Origin: Okamejei kenojei
Lineage: Eukaryota
Direction: 5' to 3'
Assembly (NCBI GenBank): GCA_035221665.1
Contig: CM069155.1
Location: forward strand, 30,504,001 to 30,568,000
Length of the DNA: 64,000 bases
The notes beneath the pieces are model-generated. The model worked only from the letters and a program-made list of their open reading frames with translations. It was not told the origin of the DNA and ran no database searches. Positions within the stretch are counted from its first letter, which is position 1. Each line of letters begins with the position of its first letter. Positions 1 to 12,529 of this stretch are shown here, in pieces. The position numbers and the translations under genes are program-made.

Positions 1-59
1 TTGCAAAGAACGAAGTAGTGAGTAAGCGGAGAGGTTAGCTGTCAAGCTGGTTACACCGT

Positions 60-300
60 AGCAGAATCAGAAAACTGTGAAAGGAGAATCTTTTTATGCA
101 GAGAGAGAGCTAGATAGGGCTCTCATGCAGATTCAAGAGAGAGCTGGATAGGACTCTTAAAAATAGCGGAGTCAGGGGAAATGGGGAGAAGGCAGGAACG
201 GGGTACTGATTGGGGTTTATCAGCCATTATCACATTGAATGGCGGTGCTTGTTCGAATGGCCGAATGGCCTACCCCTGCACCATTTGTCTCTTGTCTCTT
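60..300 (+). mobile_element. CR1-like LINE 3' tail fragment
   Basis: The tail motif ...ggggagaaggcaggaacggggtactga...atcagccat...attgaatggcgg...gccgaatggcctac recurs at 13390-13495 at the end of a longer CR1-like RT remnant. Confidence 0.55.
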
Positions 301-1430
301 CTCTATTTCCAAATCGCACCCTGCAAAGGTGAAGGAAGTGCAGATAAGCAAAGGTTTCAAACCGAAACGAGGAAACATATGTTGTGATTGTTTCTCCAAG
401 TGCAATTGAGCATTCAGTAAGTTTATTGCCTCCGTCTTTTTTGCTGTCATGTGTCAAAAGTTAAAACCGCTCCTCACTTAGTATGTTCGCACCCACACCC
501 GTAATCGCCATATGAGTAGGCATTAGATGGGTTCATGGGCATGTACATTACCGTAATATTGCTACAGTGAAAATTGACCATTTGTCCTATCTCCGCAATA
601 AATGAACATTATTTCATAACCGATGCAATGCTGCCATCTACTGTTGCAAGACTGTACGGCATAGAGACGAACATTTGGGCAATACCAGCATTTTCACATC
701 AAGCAGTTTGCATTTGCCTCCCCATAAATGACAAGAATTGTAAATATCCCAAAGGTGCTGCAGATGTTGTCACCATTTTGAATTGATTCAGCATTTAAGA
801 GCAAGATAACGGCAGGGACCACAGAAGATCGTCAAATGCAGCGCCACAACATGCAGGATGAAAATTTACTCGAAGCTACATCTTGGGTTATTGTGAGCGG
901 CCAGACAACTTTATTTTACGATACAGAGAGAGTGCTCCTGCTCACCAGCCCCCGCATTACTCTGCCAATTGGGCTTCTTTTTGTTTAGGTCCCGATGATT
1001 TGTGCAGATCCGCTGTCAGCATGTATCACTTGGAGTGTTCAGTATGGAAACAGCCCTTCGGCCCAACAAGTACCACCTACCCGAGTGTGCCCCCTATCCC
1101 TCTAAACCTTTCCTATCAATGTACCTGTCCATATGTTTATTAAATGTTATTATAGCACCTGTTTGAACTACCTCTTGTGGCAGCTCGTTCCATATACTCC
1201 CCAACCTCTGTGCGAAAATGTTGCCCATCAGGTTCCTATTAAATCATTCATCTCTCACCTTAAACATATGTCCTCTACACTTTTACCTGCAGTAGCAGAA
1301 TCAAGAACCAGCGCTTGTGAACAGCGATCATATATCATAATAGCGATCCACGTGATCATATAAGCATAGGAATTGTTCCCAATTTTATTGTTATTTACGA
1401 ATGATCTGCATTCAATTAAATGCAATTTCA

Positions 1431-3488
1431 CAAACATATTAAAACAACATATCAGGAGCCTACAGCTAGGATTAAGGTAAATGGAAACATATCAAAAAGG
1501 ATCCAGTTAGAGAGGGGCACAAGGGAAGGATGCTGTCTTTCTCCCACTCTCTTCGTTTTGTATATCGAACCCTTAGCACAAGCAATAAGGCAAAGAGAAG
1601 ACCTGCAGGGGGTCAAATTAGGGGGAAAGAACATATAATTGGTCTTTTCGCTGATGATATAATTCTTTTCCTTGAACGACCAGATATATGTTTTCCAAAT
1701 CTAATGAACCTATTTGAAACATATGGATACTACTCAGGGTATAAATTGAATATAACAAAAACACAAATTCTTTCATTCATCCCAACAAATCAGAGATGCA
1801 TATAATCTGAAATGGAACTCTAAAACGATGCAGTATCTTGGTGTAACTATAACCAAAACACTTCCCAACTTGTTTGAAACTAATTATAACAAAATTGAAG
1901 AAGACATCAAAAAGGATGTTGAGAGGTGGTCGACCCTTCCTCTAGACTTCAGTGCCAGAATACAAACGGTAAAAATGAATATCCAACCTAAACTACAATA
2001 TTTATTCCAATCTCTCCCAATTAATGTTCCCCGAGATAAATTCATAGCCTGGGATAAAATGATCTCTAGATTCATTTGGAATAGCACAAAACCAAGAATA
2101 AAACTAACAACACTTCAACTGTCGAAAAGCAAGGGTGGAATGGCTTGACCAAATCTGAAGAAATACTTTTATGCAGTTCACCTCAGACCTCTGGCTTGTT
2201 GGTGTAGACCTGATTATGAATCTCGATGGAAAGAAATGGAAAGGGAGATACAGGGTTACCAGACCCAGATTTTGGTGGGAGACAAATATTTGAGAGGGGC
2301 TTTGAGACATGCTAAGGATCCAATAGTAGCATTTACGTTAGAAATATGGAATGTTATAGTGGAAAAATTAAAAAAATAAAAAGAGGGGCTCACGCATTGA
2401 AGTGGTTCGCATATGACTCAAAGTTTAAGCCAGGGGTGTATGATTCAAAATTCAAAGAATGGGCACAAAAAGGCATAATGGCAATGTATACAGTTTCAGA
2501 AAATGGCGAGTTTATGAGCTTCCAAGATTTAAAGTCAAAGTATGGTCTCGAAAACAAAGATTTTTTTAGATACTTGCAATTAAGAGACTACTTTATAAAA
2601 GAGATAAGGCCAGAACTAGATGAAACCTAAAAAAATGTGATCAAGGTGATTGTGGATGCATACAAACAGAAGGGATTTAGGGTAATCTCTGCTTTCTATC
2701 AAGCTCTGGTGGAAAGCGGGGGAGAATCAACGCTCTACATAAAAACAAAATGGGAAGCAGAATTAAAGATTCCAATAACAGAAGAAGAATGGTATCAAAT
2801 GTGTGAAACACAATGTTCATCCACAAGCTCACTAGTATGGAGAGAATTTTCCTTGAAGAATCTATCTCGCTTTTTTATAACACCCAAAATAAAAAGCGGA
2901 CAACTTGCTATTCAACAATACTGTTGGAGGCTGTGTGGGAGTACGGAGGCAGACCACTCGCATATTTTCTGGAACTGTGCAAAGATAAGGCCATACTGGG
3001 AAAATGTTAATGCAGCTGTAAATAATATCTTGGGTTATAAAATCCCAAATACCTGCCCTGTGATGTATCTGGGGTGTATTAAAGATAGCGTAAAAATAGA
3101 AGATACATATTTGATTAAAGCTTTGCTTGCAGCAAGTAAGAAGGCCATTACCAGGCAGTGGCTTAATGAAAAAAGTCCAAAACAGGAACAGTGGTTAGGA
3201 ATTGTGCGAGACATCTTTAATATGGAGAAATTGACATATTCCTTGAGAGTCAAGGAGAATTCATTTGAGAATATCTGGAAAAAATGGACTGTTTATTTGA
3301 GCCATGACACCAATTAGATAAATGCCGAGCTAGATATGGGAAGATTTTTTTCCCCCGATCTACTTATTTTCTTATTTTGATTGCAATGATTCTTATTTTG
3401 TTTTATTTATGGTGATGGTGTTGCACTGTTTTGAAAATATCTCTTAAAAATCAATAAAGCTTTAAGTGGAAACAAAAATGAAAAAAAA
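1431..3488 (+). mobile_element. 5'-truncated L1/Tx1-clade LINE (ORF2 RT and C-terminal part, disrupted)
   Basis: ORF fragments [60 protein letters not shown] and C-terminal CWRLCGSTEADHSHIFWNC; AATAAA and A-rich tail at about 3453-3488; internal stops and frameshifts. Confidence 0.85.
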
Positions 3489-3955
3489 CAGCGGTTGTGA
3501 ACTGCCATCCATCCACTTGTGATCATATAAGCATAGGAATTGTTCCCAATTATATTGTTATTTACGAATGATCTGCATTCAAATAAATGAAATTTCATAA
3601 ACTTTCCAATCATTTATTTATGTAATATTATGTGAGACTTGTGCTACCATTTCTTCTGTGAAATTAAATCTAACCGGGAATGAGAGATATTTCCCTCTTG
3701 GTTTTCTTCCGGAAGACAACCAAATGGCAGAACAAATGAGAATTTTCACGAGAGCTCCCAGGTTGTTACGTCGATTGAAAAGTGCAGTAATGCAATTGAA
3801 TATATATCACAGTAGCTTCCAGTCGAGGCACCTTTAAAAGATGTAGTTATATAATTTGATTCTCGCCTAATTTCATTGAAAACACCATTATTCATTTCAA
3901 CAGATTAACTACCTCAAAAGGAGGAAATTTGTAATAAATAGCGAATCATACAAAA

Positions 3956-4977
3956 GTGTCAGTCTCGATAACAATCAGCACAGGAGCACCTCAAGGCTGC
4001 GTGCTTAGCCCCCTGCTGTACTCACTCTATACTCATGACTGCGTAACCTGTCATAGTGCGAACTCCATCATCAAGTTCGCTGATGACACCACTGTTGCGG
4101 GACGTATCACTGATGGGGACGAGTCAGAGTATAGAAGTGAAATCGACCGACTGGCCAAATGCTGCCAGCACAATAACCTGGCCCTCAACACCAGCAAAAC
4201 CAAGGAACTGATTGTGGACTTTGGAAGGGGTAGGATGGGGACCCACAATCCCGTTTATATCAACGGGTCGATGGTGGAAAGGGTCAAGAGCTTCAAATTC
4301 CTGGGTGTGCACATCTCTGAAGATCTCTCCTGGTCCAAGAACACCGATGCTATTATAAAGAAAGCACATCAGCGCCTCTACTTCCTGAGAAGATTACGGA
4401 GAGTCGGTATGTCAAGGAGGACTCCCTCTAACCTCCACAGGTGCACAGTAGAGAGCATGCTGACCAGTTGCATCGTGGCTTGGTTTGGCAACTTGAGTGC
4501 CCAGGGCCGAAAAAGACTACAAAAAATAGTGAACACTGCCCAGTCCATCATCGGCTCTGACCTCCCTACCATCGAGGGGATCCATCGCAGTTGCTGCCTC
4601 AAAAAGGCTGGCAGCATCATCAAGGACGCACATCATCCTGGCCACACACTCATCTCCCCTCTATCTTCAGGTAGAAGGTACAGGACCCTGAAGACTGCAA
4701 AATCCAGGTTCAGAAACAGCTTATTCCCCACAGCCACCAGGCTATTGAACTCAACTCAAACAAAACTCTAAACATTAATAGCCCATTATCTCTTTATTTG
4801 CACTTTATCTGTTTTATTTATTCATGTGTGTATATATTTATACAATGGTGTATGGAAACACTGATCTGTTCTGTATTTATGCCTTCTATATTCTGTTGTG
4901 CTGAAGCAAAGCAAGAATTTCATTGTCCTATCTGGGACACATGACAATAACCTCTCTTGCATCTTGAATCTTGAATC
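3956..4977 (+). mobile_element. 5'-truncated Rex1/Babar-like LINE (RT C-terminal region, 271 aa open)
   Basis: STGAPQGCVLSPLLYSLYTHDC, IIKFADDTTV, LNTSKTKELIVDF, FKFLGVHISEDLSW, KKAHQRLYFLRRL; 3' tail ending in TCTTGAA repeats. Confidence 0.85.
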
Positions 4978-5689
4978 ATGCACAAAGAATATATCAACTG
5001 GATAAAGCAGGAGGTCTCAAATTCTGGACCTAAAAGCATCCCTGGCTTTCACTATTTTTATTATTGGCGTCAGTCTTCCCCTGGCAAATCCCAAATCTCT
5101 GGAATTTCACCCCGACATATCTTCATCTCACTACTTTGTACTCCTCCTTGTAGCTGACCTCAAAAGCCATCTCTGTTGACTACATTCTAGACCCCTGCTC
5201 TTTTTTATTACTTAGGAAGTGACATTTCCTTCTGCAACTGTTGCAGTTTTATACATATATTTCAAATTTATTTATTTTAATGGTCATTTAAAAATGTGGA
5301 TTATTGGATTCAGGTTACACCATAGAAATTCATTGGATTCAGCTTACACCATCTGACACCATTGGAAGTGGAACAATGTTAACATGGAAATTGTCCTTCA
5401 TGTCTGGTCTGACCAACCTACTTCCACAAACTGCATTGTAATTCCACTGTACCAGAACCAACACAATCTCACCAAATACAGTCGGAACGCAGAAGAGCCT
5501 ACCATTGATGTGAACAATAAAGCCATTGAAGAAAAAACTAAACGCTGACCAGTATTTTCAAAATACCCGTCGCCCATCAAAAGCAAACGAAGCCTCGCGG
5601 GGGTAAGGGAAAATGGGGACAAAGCTTAGATATGTTCCACTTGCAACTGGGTTTAGGATATCAATGTTGATCATCGACAAATCATTTAT

Positions 5690-6110
5690 TTTGCCCTTTC
5701 TGGTGAATGGGGCTGGCCTAGTTGTAGACCGGGAATTAATTCTGACGTAGCGACATGCATTAAGAAGACCACTATCACCTCGGTGGGAGAACTCATGCTT
5801 AATGACTACCGTCTCGATGTCTTGACATCCACCATTACGACTTGCTTCTAGAGCAACCAGATTGAGCCTACCAAGCAGCCTTGATCTACAGCAGTTCTAC
5901 AGCAGCACAACAGATCCACTGCTGATGCCATCTCTCTGGCCATACACTTTTCCTGGAACATCTGGATGAGACGAGCACCTACATCAGATCTACATAGAAT
6001 AGAGCCCTGTTTTCAATACCATTACCCTAAACAAGCTCATCTCCAAACTATTGGAACGGAATCAGCACTTCGTGACCAATGGACCACAATCTGTGTGGAT
6101 AGGTGACCAA
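5690..6110 (+). mobile_element. Degraded Rex1-like LINE fragment
   Basis: Remnants such as cttaatgactaccgtc (LNDYR), gatccactgctgatgccatctc and ttcaataccatt; no long ORF. Confidence 0.4.
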
Positions 6111-6734
6111 TCAGCTACCCGAGCAAAATGTGTTGCTATTCCTCCAATGTGCGTGTACACTCACTCTGACAATGGAGGAGGCCCAGGCCAGAAATGTCAG
6201 TGCAAAGGGAAGGGGGGGGGGGGGTGGTTAAAGGGGCTAGCCACCGGGGGATCTAGTAGGCCTTCGCAAGTTCAGTTAAACGGCCGCCGAGTCTACGCCG
6301 ATGTTCAGTAGCCCACATCCGGAACACCAGATCTAGGAGATAAGGTTAGAGAATGTGCATGTGCATCTCACTGCCGAGGTCGCTGGGTGGAGCTGAGGGT
6401 GACGGAATAAGGACAGATATTAAATCTCCCGCGGTTGCAGGGTAAGTTGGCTGGAGTGGGAGTGGCTTCAGTGGAAAGCGACGAATGAAACAAGGAGATG
6501 CGGAGGGAATGGTCTCTGCGGAAGGTGGAAAAGGTTGGAGATTGGAAGATGTGCTTAGTGGTGGGATCACGTTGGGAGGTGACAAAAAATTTTTTTTGTG
6601 GAATTACTGCTCTGATCTGTCAGAGACTTTGTTTTATTCAACAAAGTCTAGTACAAGCTCTGACATTGAATGGGTTGGGAGAATGGTATGATGAGGTTGG
6701 ACTGTAGAGCGACAGCCTGTTTCAAAATAATTAG

Positions 6735-6990
6735 TTTAGTTAAGTTTAGTAGAAAATAATAATTGAGATACAGCGCCGGGTCAGGCCCTTCGGCCCACTG
6801 AGTCCGCATCGACGAGCGATCCCCGCACATGCTCTGGAAACAACTTAGGAAACCGAATTTCTCGGAGAAACCCCACGTAGGTCACGGGAAGAACAAATTC
6901 GGTACAGAGAAGCTCCAGGAGCCGGGATCGAACCGTGTCTCTGGCGCCGAGAGCGCTGTGCAACTCTACCGCTGCGCCACCGTGCCCGCC
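6735..6990 (-). mobile_element. tRNA-derived SINE
   Basis: Minus strand begins ggcacggtggcgcagcggtagag (A-box-like) ... ggttcgatcccg (B-box-like) and ends in a (TAAAC)n-like tail; related copy at 26245-26580. Confidence 0.7.
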
Positions 6991-8680
6991 CATGAATTAG
7001 TATGGTGTGAATTGGAGGGACCAAGAATAGATCCCTGGGAGGTTCAGGGGTTGATGGGGAGGGGGCGGGGCGGGGGAGGGTCGGGGTCGCTGTTTTCGGA
7101 GCAAATCAGACACTTCTGTCTTATTTTTGCAACTGAACTAGGAAGTGAAGAAACGGAGGAGCATTTGAATCCAGTGGACGGAAGTGTTTAGTTTACTTCA
7201 CTACAGCGAGGAAACAGGCCCTTCGGCTAATCGAGTCAACACCGACCAGCAATCAGTATATCTATCCAATTGGGACAATTAACAGAAGGCAATTTTACAA
7301 GGGGTTGTAAAACTATAAAATACGAGATTGTTTATTTTTTTAAATCGCATTTTGTAAATTAATTATATCGTTGAAAAAGCTGATTCAAGAAAATGAAAAT
7401 AGTATATATTTAAGGATAAAACGCTACTTTTCTTTCTACTCTCAGTTTCTAATTTCGACTCTCCGTTTAATCAATGTTATGAGATTAATGTTATGTCGGA
7501 CAAGAAGTGGATTGAAGAGTTAAATTCGATCAGAGAGGTGGTCATTATACTGGACAAATCCAGCAAACAAGACTTCGCCATTACACGCTACATGACTCGC
7601 CGGGTCAGGCAGCATCTGATTGGAATGGCGAGGCATCATTTCAGGTCGAGACCCTTCTGCAGACTCATTAGAACAGAAGGGAGAAAGCTGGAAAATAGAT
7701 CTGAGGTGTGATACAGCCTGCCAAGTGATAGGCGGATACACGTGAGAGGGGGTTGATTAGCAGATGGGGATGGGGATGTTAATTGGCAAAGGCTGGAGGT
7801 GAAAAGGGAACAAAAAGTGAAATCAGCCACAAAATAAGTGGGAAAGGCAGTGAATGATAACCGTGGGGGAAGGGATGGGGTGAAAATAGACAGCACACGT
7901 CTCCAACCTGTTATTTTACTTCTGGAAATTGACATGGTACTGGAAGGTCTCTCCAGATAGGACTTACCCACATCGCAAGCGGATTTCCCCAGCCACAATA
8001 CATAACTTTTCACAATTTATACCCCCTATTAACATTTTTTTATTCCCAGAGAAGAACATCCAAGCAGTTGCCATATCTCGAAAGCTGTTTATCCCATTTC
8101 TGGGAATCGCGAAGTAACTACTTTTACTTCGGTTAATTGTTGGTGCGAAGCCCCCCTTCAAAATGAGTCTAGCGCTCACCACTACGAGTCCGAACTTTAT
8201 TCCTCTCGTTAAACTGTTTAAATATATGACCACCTCTGCTGATTAATGTTGAGTTGGTATAAGACCCCGATAATGCCGCGGTTAACTAATTCGTCAAACC
8301 ACACTTTTCATCGCGTTTTTCATGGATTAAACTGTGTCTAAAATATCTTGTGATATTTTGTGCGGTAAGGTTGGACATATTTGGGTACTTTAAGCATACT
8401 AGCGCAATGCCACGACTGCACTTCCTGATTTCTGGGATATCCAAAGTAGGAGACAAGGATTTGCACCTAATTTCTTCAATCTTGGGGGTACTTGCAAACA
8501 CCCCTTCAGCTGTCCTAACACATGGGTCAACATCAATCATGAAAACGCAGTTTATTTGAAATATAACAAAGTTTCACAAAATGCCAGTTTATACTCCGGA
8601 CATTATTGCTTTTATTCTATTGAAGGCAAGGACATTTGCACAGAAAATTACAACGATGCATCGTAAATAGAATAATCGGT

Positions 8681-8686
8681 TTTATT
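8681..8686 (-). terminator. Putative polyadenylation signal AATAAA, IgL cluster 1
   Basis: tttatt on + strand about 175 nt past the C stop; the same spacing occurs in cluster 2; alternative signal at 8611-8616. Confidence 0.5.
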
Positions 8687-8860
8687 GCATTAAATGTTAC
8701 ATTATTGTTTTTCAGTTCACCGTAAAATACCGACAGCGCATCCAAGGCAACGAAATGCACATGTGCTGCGTTTGAACAAATGGTAAAGCGAACATTCGAT
8801 ATCTGCATATTGGATTAATTTACAAAGAAATGTAGCAAATCGGGAATTTGATCCTTTAAA

Positions 8861-9183
8861 TTAGAGGCAACTGGATCTGGCGATATTGGCCTTAATCGGG
8901 GTTGTCTGGGTTTCGTGTTTAACCACACAGGAGTAAAGCTCGTGTGAGTTCCAGTAGGCGGCTGGCAGAGTCAGGTAACTGCTCGCACTGAACGAGTTGT
9001 CCTTCTCCTGCTGGACCCGGCTGGTCGCAGCGCCATCACTTCTCGCACTGCCGTCCACGGTCCACTCAATGTCCACAGCGCCCGGGTTGAACCCGCTCAC
9101 CAAACACACCAGGGTGGCGGTACTTTTTGCGGTGACTTCACCCATTGATGGCGCCAGAATGGAAACGGTGGGGGGGCGCGGTC
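8861..9183 (-). CDS. IGLC: Ig light chain constant exon, cluster 1 (lambda/type II), intact
   Basis: Acceptor ttatttgcag|GA, phase 1; PRPPTVSILAPS...ATLVCLVSGFNPGAVDIEWTVDG...SSYLTL...LYSCVVKHE...ARSSCL*; C1-set Cys/Trp/Cys and penultimate Cys; 323 nt. Confidence 0.95.
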
Positions 9184-11315
9184 CTGCAAATAAGAATTGA
9201 AATAAATACAAATGAATGATTTATCAATTAGGTTAAGTCAGAATCGATTCAGCTGGAATGACTACAGGCAAGATTTATGTCGACGGTGCCAGGGTTCGAA
9301 CGCCTGAACTATAGGCATACATTGGATATGCGAGGACGTTAGTCCTTGGAGTGTAGAAGACCTTAGGGTGATCGCATGGCGGTGTACAAAATCGCGAGGG
9401 GAATACATAGGGTTAGCGCACGGAGTATTTTCCCCATAGTAGGAGAATTAAGAATTAGAGGGGTTAGATTCAGGGCAACATTGTACACAAAATGCGTTAA
9501 CTCCAGTTCCCTATAGAAGTTGATGAGGCAGGTACAATAACACCATTAAAAAAAACATTTGATTTAAAACTTGGATAAGAGAGGTTCAAAGAGATATCGG
9601 CCTGGCATGCGCAAATGGTAAACTCGGTCGGTGTGAAATAGGTAGACTTAAGGTCTGTTCCACCGCTGCATAACTCCGTGGCTCTATGACCGTGGACTGC
9701 ACTGGCTTTACAATTACCGTTGATTTATAAACCTCATTTCATACAGCAGAATCATGATAAGTTATTTTTAGTGCGAATATCCGACGTTTGGTAAAACATG
9801 TACCTACGATTTTCTTCAGATCATGGAAACGGGCAGAATAAAATGGAATTACAACTCATCCTGGCAGAATGAGCAGCATTTCCAAATTAATGCTTGTTTA
9901 AATAGTAATCCGAATTCTTTCCAGGAATAGTCTTTAGAATGTTACATATTAGTGAATATTCCACATCGTCCAGAAAGTCCATGATTCAAGGATGATGGCG
10001 GTCAGAAAAATGAAAGGAAAACTAAATTTAAGATTTTTGACATGTCGGTCTACCAACTGCCTGCCCGTAAAAAAGTCAACAATCAGAGGGATCATGTTTA
10101 ACAGCATAATAAACAGTCTGCGTTTTCTGCTATATCATACATTCGATGGCAATCAGAGAACCTGCATCAAAATCCCTTGCAGGTTCTAGAAGATGGGTAC
10201 AAAGAGTCTGACGGAATATCCACACAAATGTGATTAGCTAAGGTGGCAATGGCTAGCTGAACGAGAAATGAACCCGAATACTGTTCTGCTCTTGTTTCTA
10301 ATTTCGGAGCGGAATCAGACTTGCAACAATCCTCCACACTTTCGCGCAAAGGGAATTGAAATGGTTTCGTGCGAAGCGTTTAAATATTAGTTTTTTATCT
10401 TTTCCCTGACAATTAGATTTAGCGCTGTTCTAGGGAGCGCATGTAAACCTGTCGAAACGCCACTTCACCCTGACGGTATCATTAATACGATCAGAAATCA
10501 ACTTCGCGCAATTTGCCCTAATGGGTATTTGCAATTTCAAAACTATCCCAATTAAATTCACCAACAACCCTTGCCAAATGTCTATTAACTTTCCTTTGGA
10601 TGCTTCCAATGATCCTATTTGGCCCACTCTCAGAGTTGGCATTCTCCGTGTCCACAATATACCGTAAGCTAATAAAATCTCATAATTTCCCGACATTTTT
10701 TTCAAGTAACGCTTGAAACGCATTACGCTTACATTGAAGCAACATTATCTAAAGCAGCAGTCTCGGATGAAACCCGCCACTTGCGAATACATCAAATCAG
10801 AGAATCAGCATTTCGGCTGAACGAGCAGTTTTCATTGACATCGGGGAAGAAAGGGGAAAATAGAGCTTCAGGAGATCATTCCAGAATGAAACAACTTTCA
10901 TGCACAGCTGTCAGTGTGTGACGGCGTCAAATTCCACCATGATCAAGAAGCCACGGTTAGGTGAACCCAGATTTCTCGGAGTGTTGAAGGGATGGAGGTA
11001 AAGGATCATAAACACTAAGTTCACGCAGGAGAAACAAGTTGGTAACTTGAGTACAGCACAAAGAGCTGAAGTAATCCAGCGGATCAGACAGCATCTCTGG
11101 AGGACAGAGAAAGACGATATTTCCGTTCGAGAAAGTCTCCCAAAGAGACTTTGTTCCGACACGAAATATTGCCCATCCATGCGTCTACCTGAGATGCTGC
11201 CTGACCCGTTGTGTTCTACTTAGGTTTATTAGGATCTTTCTACCGAGGATTTATGTTGGAAAGTAAAACCTAAGTTAAACGATTTGCTGTTTCAAAACAT
11301 GAAAACTTTACTTAC

Positions 11316-11657
11316 TGCTTAGATTCAGTTTGGTTCCTCTCCCAAAGGTTAATTTATTGCCATCCCACACAGCACAGTAATAATCGGCAGCGTCCTCCGA
11401 TTGCACGTTGGTGATGGTTAAATGCATTTGGTTCGTGGATGACTCCACGGAACCCGTGAATCTGTCTGGAATTCCGGTGCCTCTGGTTGAGCCTTCATAC
11501 CACACGAAGACAGGAGCGCTGCCCGGTTTCTGCCAGTACCAGCTCGTGATCCAGCTACCGATGGTGCCCCCTGACAGGGTACAGGTGATTTTGACGGTTC
11601 TTCCCGGCGAGGTTGATATTGCCGGGACCTGAGTCAAGGTAGTCTCCGCGTTTATAG
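11316..11657 (-). CDS. IGLV: Germline-joined VJ exon, IgL cluster 1, intact
   Basis: Acceptor ttttctatcag|CT, donor AGCA|gtaagt; SINAETTLTQVPAISTSPGRTVKITC...WYWQKPG...DAADYYC-AVWDGNKLT-FGRGTKLNLS; V runs in frame into the J motif FGxG with no RSS. Confidence 0.95.
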
Positions 11658-11753
11658 CTGATAGAAAAAAACAGATAAATATACAAAACCATTAGAGAAA
11701 AACACAGCAGAATGTAAAACGATACAGCATTAATCATTCTGCGCTCTACTCAC

Positions 11754-11799
11754 AGTGGAAACAGGTCACCAAGGCGAGAACCCAAACCCATTCAGCCAT
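11754..11799 (-). CDS. IGLV: Leader (signal peptide) exon, IgL cluster 1
   Basis: ATG at 11799, MAEWVWVLALVTCFH + 1 nt, donor T|gtgagt; 96-nt phase-1 intron splices in frame to the VJ exon. Confidence 0.9.
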
Positions 11800-11883
11800 G
11801 TCGAAGGTGATAAAGGAATATTTTGCTGCACAAGCGCCGTTTTGAGCCGTTTCGAAGTTTCTCTTTTAAAGTCTTCAGCTTCC

Positions 11884-11931
11884 CAACGTCACTAATTATT
11901 AATTATTCATGCAAATCTTTATCCACGTGAC
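11884..11931 (-). promoter_or_regulatory. IgL promoter module: CRE-like half site, octamer (11909-11916), E-box CACGTG
   Basis: ATTTGCAT on the coding strand 110 nt upstream of the ATG; identical motifs and spacing in clusters 2 and 3. Confidence 0.9.
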
Positions 11932-12529
11932 ATCGATTCACTGAATTATTGGCTAGGTGTAAAATTATATTTCTGCAGCTCCAGCCCTTTGGGAGAAAGA
12001 AATATTCGTGTTGTTTTAAGTGGGAGGAGAATAGCAGACAACGGTGAACTCAACGGCGGGGGGGTGGGGGGGGGGGGAGAGAAGGTCTGAGACTGACGGG
12101 AACACTGTTGTGTGAGAGCAGACTCTTATTTACTGAGTAAAAAGGGGTCAGCTGTGTTGAATGATGGGACTGTTTAGACTTTGCACTAATCCGCTTAAGC
12201 TCCCAAATAATTATAAAATAATGCATTTCTCCTTTTCCTACAAATAATTCGCAGCCGTATAATTAAAGGGGAATATGGAGATGACAGATTATTTAAATGG
12301 TATTTTTTTATCGGGCTGACAGGGCGTTAAGATGTATTGTATTTCATCCTAGATTTATTGTATTCCATTGCAGTACTGAATTCATTGCTTTGAGTTTTTT
12401 TAATTTCAAAATTACCATGGACGTTCCTTGTTATTAATTTTCATCAAGAAAGGAAGAGAGACAGAAAGTCGTCCACCGCATGCCAGTTGGTTGCACATCT
12501 GTCCTGGAGAAGCTGTTACTAGAACAATA

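Larger units (their letters stand above)
1..4570. repeat. Segmental duplication A, copy 1 (partner 16089-20822)
   Basis: Collinear near-identity read directly: ttgcaaaga..tagtgagtaagcggagag at 1 and 16089, continuing through the L1-like and Rex1-like elements up to the gap. Confidence 0.95.

Noticed and set aside
6900-6990. tRNA-like sequence
   Set aside because: It has A/B boxes but no complete cloverleaf, and continues into a SINE body and tail seen elsewhere in the window.
11373-11379. Cryptic heptamer TACTGTG at the end of V1 (V-replacement-like)
   Set aside because: It follows from the Tyr-Cys-Ala codons, is absent from V2 and V3, and no RSS-bearing donor V is present in the window.
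11751-11789. Perfect RSS heptamer CACAGTG followed 23 nt later by CCCAAACCC (6/9 nonamer match)
   Set aside because: It straddles the leader exon and splice donor (CAC T|GTGAGT on the coding strand), is not at a V/J border, and is not conserved in clusters 2 and 3. It is most likely a by-product of the donor site.
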